Shown here: piece after piece, positions 29,825 to 41,370 of the stretch
Layout: every line of letters starts with the position of its first letter
Numbering within the stretch: position 1 is the stretch's first letter
NCBI GenBank assembly: GCA_050250895.1
Contig: JBFWNU010000003.1
Location: 554,842 to 618,841, forward strand
DNA from: Vulcanimicrobiota bacterium
Lineage (GTDB): Bacteria; Vulcanimicrobiota; Xenobia; Xenobiales; JADMJV01
Reading direction: 5' to 3'
Length of the DNA: 64,000 nt
Notes under the pieces: generated by a model
The model's input: only the letters and a program-made list of their open reading frames with translations
Told to the model about the DNA's origin: nothing
Databases searched by the model: none
Translations under genes and position numbers: made by a program

Positions 29825-30095
29825 CGTCGCCCGGTGCCTTGTCACCGCCGTCCGGGGCGCCTTATTGGCCGCGCTTCGCCCCTGGACTGTCTTCCATCTG
29901 GAAGTACTCGCGCGAATAGTGTTGTGTTCGACTGCGCTGGGCGCCTGGCAGGCTTAGTCGGCCAACTCATCGGGGGTTACGCCGTTGCGGCCCAGGGGCA
30001 TCCTCGCTAGACCAAAGACATCGACATTTGGATAGACGCGCAACGACTGATAGTTTCAAGCTTCTTTCAGGCGGTGCGGCTAGGCTGGCAATACC

Positions 30096-31196
30096 ATGCC
30101 AATCACTTTCACTCATCGTGCGGTATCGCTCGAGCAAGCCACGCGCGTCACCCAGCAGGCCAGCACCGACAAGCATATCCTGTGGGCCTTCGACCCCGAG
30201 GATAGCTGGGAAGGCGAAGGCGGCGTGTGGGGACCCGAACCCCGCTTCTTTCCCTCGGCCGACGGCTCGAAGCTCATCCTGGGAGCGGGCAATCGCCTGG
30301 CCGTGCTCGACGCCGGCACTGGCAAACTCGAGTCCGAGCAGAAGTCGCAACTCTACTTCAACGATTGGCAGACCTTCGATCCCAAAGGTCGCTATCTCTA
30401 CAGCTCGGACGACAAGGCCATCAAGGCCCTCAAGGTCTCTGACGGCAAGGTCAAGTGGACCTGTCGCTCCCACAACGACGAGTGGTTCGGTCGCACCGCC
30501 CCCTGCGTGGGCTCCGACGGCACCGTCTATGTGGGCACTACCCGTGGGTCGGTGCTGGCCCTCGATGGCGAGACGGGCAAGAAGAAGTGGAAGATCAGCA
30601 CCGGCATCTACGGTCGAGCCGTGCCGGCCATCGACAAGCAGGGCCATCTCTTCGTCGGTTTTCTCGGCGTGTCTGGCGATGAGAAGGTGCCTATTCTGGC
30701 CCTCGACCCCGCCGACGGCAAGACTTTGCGCAGTCTCGATGTGCCCAATCTCAGCGACGAATTGCTGATCGGGCCGGATGGGTTGTTGGTGACCCAGACC
30801 ACCGAGAGTTTCGACCTCAAGGCGCTCGACCCGGTGACCGGGGCCGAACGCTGGAGCTTTGACCCTCCTGACCAGGGCGGAGTGCGCTCGTTTGTCAAAG
30901 GGCCCAGGAGCGAACTCTGGGTGTCCACTTCCGAGGGCACCCTCTATCGACTCGACGGCCAGGGTCAGGTGGCTGACACCATCGCCACTGGCGAAGACCT
31001 GCGCGGCGCTCCCACGATCACTTCTGACGGGCGCATCTATGCCCGCACCTTCGACAACGAGGTGCTGGCCGTGGTGCGCGACACGGCTGCCTATCAGAGC
31101 AACCACTTCACCGTCACGGCCGAGCCGAAGAAGCAACTGGTGGATGACGGGGTCACCATCACCATCGCCGGCATCGAGATCCCGATCGGGGATTAG
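30096..31196 (+). CDS. PQQ-like beta-propeller repeat protein
   Basis: Repeats DGKVKW, DGETGKKKW and DPVTGAERWSF; no signal peptide. Confidence 0.8.
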   Translation: MPITFTHRAVSLEQATRVTQQASTDKHILWAFDPEDSWEGEGGVWGPEPRFFPSADGSKLILGAGNRLAVLDAGTGKLESEQKSQLYFNDWQTFDPKGRYLYSSDDKAIKALKVSDGKVKWTCRSHNDEWFGRTAPCVGSDGTVYVGTTRGSVLALDGETGKKKWKISTGIYGRAVPAIDKQGHLFVGFLGVSGDEKVPILALDPADGKTLRSLDVPNLSDELLIGPDGLLVTQTTESFDLKALDPVTGAERWSFDPPDQGGVRSFVKGPRSELWVSTSEGTLYRLDGQGQVADTIATGEDLRGAPTITSDGRIYARTFDNEVLAVVRDTAAYQSNHFTVTAEPKKQLVDDGVTITIAGIEIPIGD

Positions 31197-31332
31197 GCGC
31201 GGCACCTCTCGACGGTTGGGGCGAAGGTCCAGACCTGAGGTGATCCTGGAGTGACCAACCCGCTTTATGCGGCTCAGAAAGAACTCACGGGAATCTGGCC
31301 AGTTCCTCATTTAACAGACGTAGAATGAGGGC

Positions 31333-31641
31333 ATGGACGCCCTGACCAACAAACGTCAAACGACCCGAAAGCGAATTGTCGTGTCGGTTAAGGGCCTCGC
31401 TCTAGCGTCCTCAAGCGTAGCTTCCCTCGACTTGAGTCGAAACGGGCTGAGGCTGGCTCCGGCTGAAGGGCTGAGGCGGGGCCAGTACGTCGAACTGGTG
31501 CTTAAGTCGGAGCGGTTCGAGGTGTTCGTGGGCGGGGTCGTTCGCTGGCTGGCCGATGGGCATGCCGGCATCGAGTTTGTGGGTCTCTCTCGCCAGTCAG
31601 CCTTGAAGCTCAAGGCAGCCCTCGAGGCTTCGCCCACCTAG
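31333..31641 (+). CDS. PilZ domain protein
   Basis: RxxxR (RQTTR), DLSxxG, VRW...GIEF. Confidence 0.8.
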   Translation: MDALTNKRQTTRKRIVVSVKGLALASSSVASLDLSRNGLRLAPAEGLRRGQYVELVLKSERFEVFVGGVVRWLADGHAGIEFVGLSRQSALKLKAALEASPT

Positions 31642-31669
31642 CGGGTCACTCAGCTCCTCTGACGAAGAG

Positions 31670-32092
31670 TTGGCCGTGGTCCTGATCGAAGACGGCAGCA
31701 ACCAGCTGAGGTTCGAAGTGCTCGAACGGCTCGAGGTGCCTCAGGCCAGCGGCGACCTGCGGGTGCGGCTCGAGGTGCGTTCGCAAGGCTTTAGCGGGGT
31801 TCACACCGTCTGGTTTCAGGCGCACGCCTTTGACCAGTTCCTGGTCGCTCTCGACGACCTCGAACGTAGCCGTCGCGGCGAGGCCGTTTTGGCGAGTCTG
31901 AGTGACGAAGAGTTCAGGCTGACGCTCTTCGCCCGGGACCCGGCCGGGCACATCCAGGCCGACGGCCACCTGACTCAGGCCGACGGGAGACGGCCCAAAG
32001 ACCTCTGGAGCCGCCTCGGGTTTGCCCTCGAAGTCGATCCCACCACTCTACCCCAGTTGGCCGAGGACTTCCGCGCGGAAGTCCTCGGCTAG
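31670..32092 (+). CDS. Hypothetical protein, WapI-like immunity family
   Basis: FSG...FLVAL..L...GEAVL...D.AGHI...DPTTLP pattern. Confidence 0.5.
   Translation: MAVVLIEDGSNQLRFEVLERLEVPQASGDLRVRLEVRSQGFSGVHTVWFQAHAFDQFLVALDDLERSRRGEAVLASLSDEEFRLTLFARDPAGHIQADGHLTQADGRRPKDLWSRLGFALEVDPTTLPQLAEDFRAEVLG
32060..32089. repeat. Perfect 30-bp palindrome
   Basis: GCCGAGGACTTCCGC-GCGGAAGTCCTCGGC. Confidence 0.95.
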
Positions 32093-32688
32093 CTTCACGA
32101 TTCTGAAGCCATAGCGAGCTTCTCCTTTTGCTTGAGCAGCCAGGCCGCGTGGGCGGCCGGCGAACGCGGGTCGCTGGTGTCCACGCTGCAACTCCAGGCG
32201 TCCTCGTTCCCACGGGCCCCATGAAGGTTCCCCCGGTAGAGCGACGCGACTGCGGCGTGCGGGTTCGGGGAACCTCAAGACCAAGAATACCAGGGTCGGG
32301 GTTGACCGTCGGTGAGATTTTCCCTAAAGCTCGGCCGAAAAGCGTCGAGTGTTTCGCCTAGGACCGCTGCCGCTCTACCAGGTCGGGCTCGACTCTGGGG
32401 CCCCGCCGGCAAGACAAGATTTTGGCTATGCGGACGAGCCTCCGGAAGCTAGCCCGGACGACCAACGTCCGCCGGTCCAATTCGGGCTGGTCCCGGCCCA
32501 GGATGTCGCCTCCTGGGTCGAGGCTCATCCCGCCGAGCATGATGCTTTCAAGAGTGCGTATCCGCTCTGGTGGAAACGAACCAGCCAAGACTTACAGCGC
32601 TAGGCTCGGCAGCATCGACTTCCGCGTAGAAGTCCGTTTGGTGATGCCCGTCACCGAAATAGTTTACCAACCGGTCTATTATTCGGCT

Positions 32689-33780
<1,092 letters not shown>

Positions 33781-33813
33781 CCCTTCGCCGCCAGCCTCAG
33801 GCTGGCGGTGCGT

Positions 33814-35504
33814 TCAGGGGTGGCGAATGGTCACGAAAGCGGCTTGCTCGGTCCAGGTCAGCTGGCCATAGACAACGTAAAGGGCCGTTTCTTCACCATC
33901 CCACTGCAGGCTGGAGCCGCCCTGGCTCCAGCCTTTGAGCGTGAGCAGGGGCTGCCATCGGGTTTGCTCACTCCGGTGGTGCTCGAGACCCTGGCGCCAC
34001 CAGCGCAGGCTGGTCAAGAGTTCCGACGTTTGCTCGGGGTCGATCGACTGGAAGTTCTCCAGGGCGGCGGCGTTGTTTTCGGCAATGGCTCGGGCCGCGA
34101 AGTTCAGCATGTGGTGCAGATTGCCCCAGGGGATGTCCTCGACGCTCGACTCGAGGTCTCTAAGCCAGCCCTCGATCTGGGGGCGAGCCTGGCCAAATTG
34201 CTCGAGCGGCAGGGGTTCTTGCTGAACCAGTTGCCAGAGTCGGTCTTGCAGGTCCCGAACGCCATGGAACTCGGACGGCAGTCCGTGGCGGCGGATGCCT
34301 GGCTGACCTTCCTCGGAGCGCGCCCGCTGCTCGACAGCGAACATGCTGCCGGCGCCGTCGCGCCGCGAAAAGAGCGTGCAGCGTTGCAGCAGGGTGGTGA
34401 GTAGCAGAACCTCGGCTGGTCGGCCAGTGGCGCCAGCGCGGCCTTCTCGGGCTTTGGCAGGTCCTGCAGAGCGTAGCTGTAGATCGCGCTCGCCAACGAA
34501 GCCCAGTCGGCCAGGCTCAACCCCTCGCCGGCTCGCTCTTTGAGTTCGGCCAGACTCGTCTCGAGCTGCTCGCGAAACGAGGCGGCGCCCGCCGTCGCGG
34601 CGGTTGCCGCCAGCAGCACCTGAGCGTCTCGTTCGGCCCGGGCCAGGAACGGCTCGGAGTTCTGCATGGCCGTATCGATGGCCACCGGTGGCGCGACCGG
34701 ATGCGCTCGCTGTTGCTCGAGCAGCTTCTCGAGCTGGGCCTCCCAGGTGGCAAGCTCCTGACCCGATAAAATCTGATGATAAGGGAGCATGCTTTTGGTG
34801 CGTCCCAGCCTGGTCAGGTTCGCCCTGCCGCCGGCCGTGAGGTAGGCGTCTCGCCGTTCGTGTACCCAGAACGAACCCGGGATGAGGACCGAGCCAGCGC
34901 TACGGCGCGCGAGGGCTCTATTCTGCTTGTCTAAAACTTTTTGAAGCGCGGCCAAAGCGGTCGGGTCGGACGCGTCGGGTCGCAGGCACAAAGCGGGCTC
35001 GACGGTCAGGCCCACGGCGGGATCTTCCGGCCACTTTTGGCGTCCGAAGTGGCTCACGGTGAGCGAAGTTTCGGCCGCCCAGGTGGCGCCTAAAGGCTCT
35101 TCGCGAACCTCAGGTTGAGCTTTCGAATAAACAACGGCAGAGGCCATCTGTCCGGGCGAATAGGCAAGCGACCAGACCGGTCTCGGGGCCTTGAAGGTAG
35201 GGGCCTCGAAGAAATAGAGCCGGCCTTCTGAGGGCAGTCCGAGCCGCTCGCAGGCAGGGCAGTCGGCAAGATCGAGTTGGACCAGGAAGGGCAGCAGGCC
35301 GCCGTCGGATTCGGGCCAGCTCACCTCGGAAGGAAGGTCCGGGACGCCTCCCCGGCGGGTTGCGCCCAGTTTCGTTTTTTTCTTGTTCGGGACCAGCTAA
35401 TAGCCGACCGAAAGATGCCCGCGGTTCTCGCTCAACCGGGCTCGCTCGGCCTCATCGGGGACTTTGGCTAGCAGGCTGTCCAGCAGCTCCGGCGGGATTT
35501 CCAT
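33814..35504 (-). pseudogene. DUF1963 (YwqG-like) domain pseudogene
   Basis: In-frame TAG at 35397-35399 before GATRRGGVPDLP..WP...LPFLVQLDL; frameshift near 34410-34430. Confidence 0.65.
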
Positions 35505-35565
35505 CTCCTTGTGTTTCACTGGCAGAGGACACCTCCCTCCCGTTGCCTTTCGCCGCGCTGGTGGA

Positions 35566-36303
35566 CTACTGAGCGGGGGACGGGGAGGTCGATACTTCCG
35601 CGCTGGCGCTGTCGAGCAGTAGCAGTCCCTCGCCGGCTTCATCGAGCTGGCCGAGCAGCTCCCCGTCGCGGTTCCAGGCGGCCGAGCGGCCACCGGCCAC
35701 GAAGTTGTCGCAGGGCCCGACGGCGTTGGACATTAGCACTAGCATCGAGTGACTGGTGGCGATCTCGGCCAGTCTGGCATGGGCCGCCGCGACCCCGGTG
35801 GTCGACTTGGCGGCGCTGACCAGATAGATCGTGGCTCGGTCGGAGGCGGCCTTGGAGGCGTGCCGCGCCACCGACAGCTCGAAGCAGATGGCCATGGCGA
35901 TGCGATTGCCCTGCATTTCGATGGGGCCAAGATTTGACCCGCACACGAAGAAGGGTCGCTCGTCGGCGTGGATATAGCGCTTGGAGTAGAGCAGCCGCGG
36001 TCCGTCGGGCTGGAAGATGACCATACTGATGCAGGTGCCGACCGGGGTGCTCGTGGGCAGGCCGACGCCCAGGGCCAGCTTCTTATCGCGACTCAGTTCT
36101 TCGAGCCCATCCAGGCGGGCGTCGTTGACGGTCATTGCCAATTGGCGAGCCGCCTGGGGCTCGTAGCCGGTGAGGGAAAGTTCGGGAAAGACCACCAGGT
36201 CGGCTCCCATGGAAGAGGCCACTTCTGCGAATTGGCAGTGCCGTTCCAGGTTGGTGGCGATGTCGCATTTGGCCGGCTTCATTTGAGCCACGCAGATCTT
36301 CAT
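35566..36303 (-). CDS. Carbon-nitrogen hydrolase (nitrilase family)
   Basis: FPELSLTGY, YSK and AICFE catalytic triad. Confidence 0.9.
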   Translation of the reverse strand: MKICVAQMKPAKCDIATNLERHCQFAEVASSMGADLVVFPELSLTGYEPQAARQLAMTVNDARLDGLEELSRDKKLALGVGLPTSTPVGTCISMVIFQPDGPRLLYSKRYIHADERPFFVCGSNLGPIEMQGNRIAMAICFELSVARHASKAASDRATIYLVSAAKSTTGVAAAHARLAEIATSHSMLVLMSNAVGPCDNFVAGGRSAAWNRDGELLGQLDEAGEGLLLLDSASAEVSTSPSPAQ

Positions 36304-36818
36304 GGTCCTCCGGTATTGCACGGTGTGCGCAACAGAAGCGGGCTTTCACGAAAGGAGGCATACGTCCTGGGTGGAGGGCGTTGTGGGAGTCCTTCCGAGT
36401 TTGCAGAATCCCTCGCCATGGATCTCAGAAGATGCACCTGCCAGGCCGGGCAAGACCCGACGGCGGCCATCGGAACGGCGCGAGATTGGTACCGCGGTCT
36501 CCAGGACGCCTTCTATCATTGTGATACCTGGAAAGGTGGCTTGCCGGCGGGATACAAGGCGTGGCACGCCGAGGAAGGGTTTCCCTCCTAGTTTTCGCTA
36601 GAGAATTCGCTGGTCGCGAAAATCAGGCTCAAGCCAGTGGGGTGGCCGAAAGATACGGAGACCCGCCACGGCCTCCTCTTCTCGGTTAAGCTGCCCCGCA
36701 GACCCGGGTTCTCAGCAAGGTGAGCGACCAGGGTGTCTAACCAAGCTTGGCTGGCCTGGGCTCGATGATAGGCGGTGAGTAACTCAGGACGGAGCTTGAA
36801 GCGTTGCGTCACCTCGAT

Positions 36819-37346
36819 CTACTTCTCCGGCGAGGGCTTCTCGAGGCCAAGCACCTGAATGATGGAGTCAAGCTCCAGCTTCTCGTCAGCGGACAGAGGA
36901 TCTTGGCTGATGGAAGTGACCATGATAAAGTCCAGACCGTTGCTGAGTTCCCACACCTGGAAGTGGGGGAACTCTTCGGTCGTGTAAAGCGCAGTGCCAT
37001 AGAGACCGAACTGGCAGGTGCCTGAGTCTGTAGAGACAATTTTGGCGCCCTTCTGTCCCACAAACCCCGAGGCGAGTTCGATCAGCTCCTCTTTGGTTGG
37101 GCGAGGCTCCTGGCCGGACCTATATATCGCGGCTGACACTTGCAGCACGTTCGCGCCTTTAGTGAAAGTTGGACGCCCTTCGTTTTGGTCGGAGATGTCC
37201 TTCCAGTCAGTGGGCAGCAACAAGCAGATGCCCTCCTCGGTCACGAACTTTTGGCGCTGAACATGGTTCGTGGCGGCCTTGGGGGCACAACCCATAGCGA
37301 GTCCAATGAGCAACAAAACGATGCCTGGCAAGCTGAATCTCGTCAT
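36819..37346 (-). CDS. Hypothetical lipoprotein
   Basis: MTRFSLPGIVLLLIGLAMGC lipobox-like start. Confidence 0.55.
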   Translation of the reverse strand: MTRFSLPGIVLLLIGLAMGCAPKAATNHVQRQKFVTEEGICLLLPTDWKDISDQNEGRPTFTKGANVLQVSAAIYRSGQEPRPTKEELIELASGFVGQKGAKIVSTDSGTCQFGLYGTALYTTEEFPHFQVWELSNGLDFIMVTSISQDPLSADEKLELDSIIQVLGLEKPSPEK

Positions 37347-37428
37347 AGTAGCAGGTTCGTCTCTGGCTGTGAGTCGGCCTGGTAACGAGGCTGAAAGGGT
37401 CAAGCGGCCGCGCGAGGAAGCCGAATCC

Positions 37429-38787
37429 GTGGACCCGCAATTGGCCAAGCTCTTCAAAGAGTTTCCCCTTCCTAAGGCGGCCGACCGTGAGCGCGCCGCG
37501 GGCGGTGACCTCGAGTTTGCGCTGCAAGCCTACCGACGGTTGGCGGCCAGCCAGGGAAGACAAAACCACTGGAGCGTCTGGGCCTTTCTGGTCGACAAGC
37601 TCGGATACGACTTCGACCAGCAGGTCGAGGAGATAACTAATAGCGACCGTCGATGGCTGGCCCTGTGGCTATTTGACACCGCCAAGACAGACCTCGCTGG
37701 CAGAGTCTATCGGCGTTTCCTGGACGATCCCGGGCGCTACGGGACCTTCGCCGCCGACAACGTAACCTATCTGAAGTGCCTGTTCAAGCAAGGCGAAATG
37801 CAGCAGTTAGTGCAGACCGTTGACGAACTCGAGGACCGTTTCGGGCTGACCCCGCAAGAGCTGTTCTGGGCTTGTCGGGCCCTGGTGGCGCTCGAGCGGC
37901 CAGACGACGGTCGCCGTCGCTTTGGTGAGATCGTGGCCAGGTATCACGGCATCGGTGAGAGTTGGGCGCTGGCCGCGGTCCTCGACCTGGAGTCGGGGCA
38001 AGGCGACGAGGCTTGGTCAAAGTTTCGCGAGGCGGTCAGGCTGGGTGTGAGCGAAGAGAATCGCCAGATGCTGGTCGAGGCCTTTGCGATTTCTCAGGAG
38101 GATTGGGAGGCGCTGCACTCTGAGTTGGCGATGGTTCAACAATCCTCGGAATGGGCTCAGGCCGGTCACGCCCAGGACCCTGGTGCGGTCATCGTTCCGT
38201 CGGAGGGGCCGAGCGTCCACCACTTTGGGGGGAACGATTTTTCGATGCCCGATTGTGCGGGGTGTGGGCATCCCATTCGGCAGTGGTTCTGCCTGGACCT
38301 GACTCAGGTTCCCGCCCTGCGAGAGCGCCTTCCGGCCTGGGAGAAGTTCCCGATGCTAGGCTGCATCGATTGCATGGTTCAACTTGGACGGCACGACTAT
38401 CGTCTCGAGGGCCAGCGGGTTGTCCTTGAGAATGTGGCGATCGATACCAGGAGCTTTGGCGAGGCCTATGGCCGGCTCGGGGAGCTGCCGCAGCGGCCAG
38501 CCCGGTTGGTGGAGCGGGAGCCGCTGGTCGACCCGACCGAGGAGGAGTTGGAGGCCTACTATGACCGGTGGCAAGAGCGACCTCAAGTTGGGGGTGTCCC
38601 TTATTGGATTCAAGAGCCTGAGCCGCCGGTCTGCCGCACGTGTCGGGCAGCAATGGTCTTCGTGGCGGCCATGGCTTCGACCGGGGACTTCGAGCCTTAT
38701 GTCGGCATCAACAACTGCTCTGGGTTCCAATACCATTTCGCCTGCGACCGCTGCAAGACGCTCAGTGTTATCGCTCAGAATACCTAG
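37429..38787 (+). CDS. TPR protein with C-terminal CxxC-rich DUF1963-like domain
   Basis: TPR-like helices; FGG...CAGC, VGGVPYWIQ...CRTC...M.F, CDRC...QNT. Confidence 0.7.
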   Translation: MDPQLAKLFKEFPLPKAADRERAAGGDLEFALQAYRRLAASQGRQNHWSVWAFLVDKLGYDFDQQVEEITNSDRRWLALWLFDTAKTDLAGRVYRRFLDDPGRYGTFAADNVTYLKCLFKQGEMQQLVQTVDELEDRFGLTPQELFWACRALVALERPDDGRRRFGEIVARYHGIGESWALAAVLDLESGQGDEAWSKFREAVRLGVSEENRQMLVEAFAISQEDWEALHSELAMVQQSSEWAQAGHAQDPGAVIVPSEGPSVHHFGGNDFSMPDCAGCGHPIRQWFCLDLTQVPALRERLPAWEKFPMLGCIDCMVQLGRHDYRLEGQRVVLENVAIDTRSFGEAYGRLGELPQRPARLVEREPLVDPTEEELEAYYDRWQERPQVGGVPYWIQEPEPPVCRTCRAAMVFVAAMASTGDFEPYVGINNCSGFQYHFACDRCKTLSVIAQNT

Positions 38788-38863
38788 CCAGCCTCAGTCC
38801 GTCTCGACAGCGCTGGGGTCGTCTCCCAGACGGCTCATCCGGTGGGGTTCTGCAAACCTGGGG

Positions 38864-39445
38864 TTAATCCCAGCCGAACAGGTGCTTCAATTCAGGATGG
38901 GCCCCCATAAAGTCTTGCGCGAGCTGGATGCACTCCGGGCTTGGCTCAGCGCTCACCTCGACCTGGTGAGCCTCTAGAAACTCGCGAACGCTCAGGAACA
39001 TCGTGGGGTTGCCCACAACCACTCGAGGGATCTTGAACTGAACGACGGCTCCCGCGCCAAGGTAATCGGGCATCAGGGTGGTGTAAAGGACTGTGTCGCG
39101 GTAGCTACCGAGTCGGCCCGCGCTTCTCAGGCAAGCGAGTTCGGCATAGCCGAGAGGGTCGGGGTCTTGAAGGCGCCGGTCGTGGCCCTGTCCCAATAGG
39201 GTTCCACCTCTGACCAGCAGGCAGCCGACAGGAAGACCTCCCTGCGAGAGCGCTTTCTTCGCCTCTCGAATGGCCAGGCGGAGAAAGCGCCCGTCCTCGG
39301 TGGTCGCGCGAACTCTCTGGGGCTGCTGCGCAGACCTGACTCGCGCGGCCCGGCCTGCCGAACTTACCTGCGGTGACACGATGTCTCGAAGTTTCTCCAG
39401 GAGTTCTGGCGGGATGTCTCCGTAATTCTGCTCGTCGTAGCCCAT
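38864..39445 (-). CDS. Cytosine/nucleoside deaminase homolog lacking Zn ligands
   Basis: GGLPVG, AGRLGSYRDTVLYTTLMP, VVQFKIPRVVVG; YAE and PDYLG in place of HxE and PCxxC. Confidence 0.75.
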   Translation of the reverse strand: MGYDEQNYGDIPPELLEKLRDIVSPQVSSAGRAARVRSAQQPQRVRATTEDGRFLRLAIREAKKALSQGGLPVGCLLVRGGTLLGQGHDRRLQDPDPLGYAELACLRSAGRLGSYRDTVLYTTLMPDYLGAGAVVQFKIPRVVVGNPTMFLSVREFLEAHQVEVSAEPSPECIQLAQDFMGAHPELKHLFGWD

Positions 39446-39498
39446 CTCGCGCAGAACGCGCTTGAGGCGACTATTCTTGTGCCAAATCGGGTTGTTCC

Positions 39499-40419
39499 AT
39501 GCAACTCGACCGGGTGGCCACCGACATCGTCCTGGCCAACGTTCGCGCGGCCCTGAGGCCGAGTCGTGCCAGGCTTCGCGAAGAGCTGCGAGCGCTCGGT
39601 GCGGAGGCCAGCCTGGCCAGCTTCCTCGAGCGAACAGGCCTCGACCTTCACGACCTCTATCGCGGCAGCAAGCCCGGCTGGGTGCAGTTGCAGCGCTCGG
39701 TCGAGCCCGAGGTGGAGCCCTTTCTGCGAGCGGTGGCTCGCCACATCCATCTCGACAGTCGCGTGCAATTGGCTTTTCTAGCGCGCCTACTGCAGCACTC
39801 CCAGGCCGCCAGCTCCACCGAAGAGAGGATGGTCTCCATGTTCGAGCGTGCTTTTGGCCCCGGTTGGCACGGCCACTCGATGGTGCGCGAAGAGCTCTCG
39901 GCTCTGGTGCCGGTGCTCGAGTCCCGCATCGATCACCTCGACCACCCCCTCGACGAGCATCCTGACGTTCCCCTGCGCGTGCACTGCCATTACTCCCTCG
40001 ACGAAGTGCTGGCGGCCTTAGAGGTTCCCTACCGCATCCAAAGTGGCGTTCACTACCACAAAGCCAGCGGATGCGACCTCTTCTTCGTGACCGTGCGCAA
40101 GAACGAACGAGACTACAGCCCCACCACGCTGTATCGCGATTACGCCGTGTGTCCCGAGATCTTCCACTGGGAGTCCCAGAACGTGACCCGCGAGGACTCG
40201 GCCACCGGGCGTCGCTATCAAAGCCATCGGGGCCCGACCCACGCGCTATTGTTCGTGCGCGAGACCGCCCACGACCAGCGCGGCTTCACCTCGCCCTACC
40301 TCTTCCTGGGGCCGGCCCACTACGTCTCCCACGAGGGCGAACGACCGATGGCCATCCTGTGGAAGCTCAAGTGGCCCATCCCGATCCAGTTCTACCGTGG
40401 CCTGAGGCTCGCCGCCTGA
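39499..40419 (+). pseudogene. C-terminal DUF3427 fragment of an SF2 helicase-type gene (5'-truncated)
   Basis: SGCSMQLDRVA start; DLFFVT.RK.ERDYSPTTLYRDYA...FHWESQ; FLGPA.YVSHEGERPM. Confidence 0.65.
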
Positions 40420-40461
40420 CCTCGGCGAGGTTCGTCCGGCCGAGCGGCGAATTCAGCTAAG

Positions 40462-41370
40462 ATGACCCGTCGCCCCAGATACGTCGAGTTGGCTCTTCTG
40501 GTAGCCGCGGTGGCGGTTTGGGGAGGGAAGGTCTTGGAGCCGGAAGCGGTACCGAGTCCCCAATCGCTACCGGCAAAGTCGAAACCGACCAACCTCTCGA
40601 TTCGAGGGGTCAGGCTGGGTATGTCCCGTGATGCGGTGGTCAAACTGCTCGGTGAGCCTCAGACCGAGAATGCCTACGAGTCTTATCCTGGTCTTGTCGA
40701 GGCTAAGTACGCTGTGTCCTCGGTATTTGGTGACCCGGAAGTGGTCTACGATCCTTCCGGTAGGGTGGTGGGCGTTTCGGGTGCGGCGCTTCAGTGGAAT
40801 TCCGGCAGATTGGTAGTGGGCGACTCCGAGAAGAGCATCCTAAAGTACTTTCCCGCCCCCTCAGCCCAACGTCCAGCATTCTATCACCCTTACTCCCCGG
40901 GCGAGTATGTCTACCCACGGGAGGATCTGGTGGTCGAGACCGATGTCGAGAGCATGTGGAGTTCCCCCCGAGTTTTTCGCGTCTCCCTGCAGGTCCCGTT
41001 CCTTTACTCGATGAGTTCTTTCTGGCAGTCTTCTGATGCGTCCGAGTTGCTCGCCGAAACCGGCCGGACCAGCAGGTCGCAGAACAGGAACACGCTGGGG
41101 AGTGCGGAGGTTGTCGGGTGCTTCTTCTGTGTCGCCATCCTGGACCAGCCGGCACTCATTCAAGAGGATCTTGGCTTCGGCGAGTCGGCAGTCTGCCCCA
41201 CCTGCAAGTGGTCGGCCTTGCTCGCCGGCGACAGGAACGAAATTACGACAGCCTATTTGCAGCAAGTCCACGACGCCTGGTTTCAACCCTATCAGACCTG
41301 CGCCGCCAGACTGACGCCCGGGTCGGCCTCGGGGTCGGGCGCTCAAACGCCTTCACCAGCCGGGAACTAA
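40462..41370 (+). CDS. Hypothetical membrane-anchored protein with C-terminal CxxC/CxxC module
   Basis: TM helix; LGMSRDAVVKLLGEP; GCFFC...CPTC...HDAWF. Confidence 0.55.
   Translation: MTRRPRYVELALLVAAVAVWGGKVLEPEAVPSPQSLPAKSKPTNLSIRGVRLGMSRDAVVKLLGEPQTENAYESYPGLVEAKYAVSSVFGDPEVVYDPSGRVVGVSGAALQWNSGRLVVGDSEKSILKYFPAPSAQRPAFYHPYSPGEYVYPREDLVVETDVESMWSSPRVFRVSLQVPFLYSMSSFWQSSDASELLAETGRTSRSQNRNTLGSAEVVGCFFCVAILDQPALIQEDLGFGESAVCPTCKWSALLAGDRNEITTAYLQQVHDAWFQPYQTCAARLTPGSASGSGAQTPSPAGN

Larger units (their letters stand above)
28319..29907. repeat. Three copies of the CTTCCA(G/T)CTGGAAGTAC palindrome: upstream, inside and downstream of the HNH gene
   Basis: 28319-28337; 29492-29511 (perfect 20-mer GTACTTCCAGCTGGAAGTAC); 29889-29907. 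Confidence 0.85.

Noticed and set aside
35397-35399. Programmed amber readthrough or recoding
   Set aside because: The same gene also has a frameshift, and TAG ends many normal genes here.
36418-36812. Two tiny ORFs between the nitrilase and lipoprotein genes
   Set aside because: No recognisable motifs; probably fragments.
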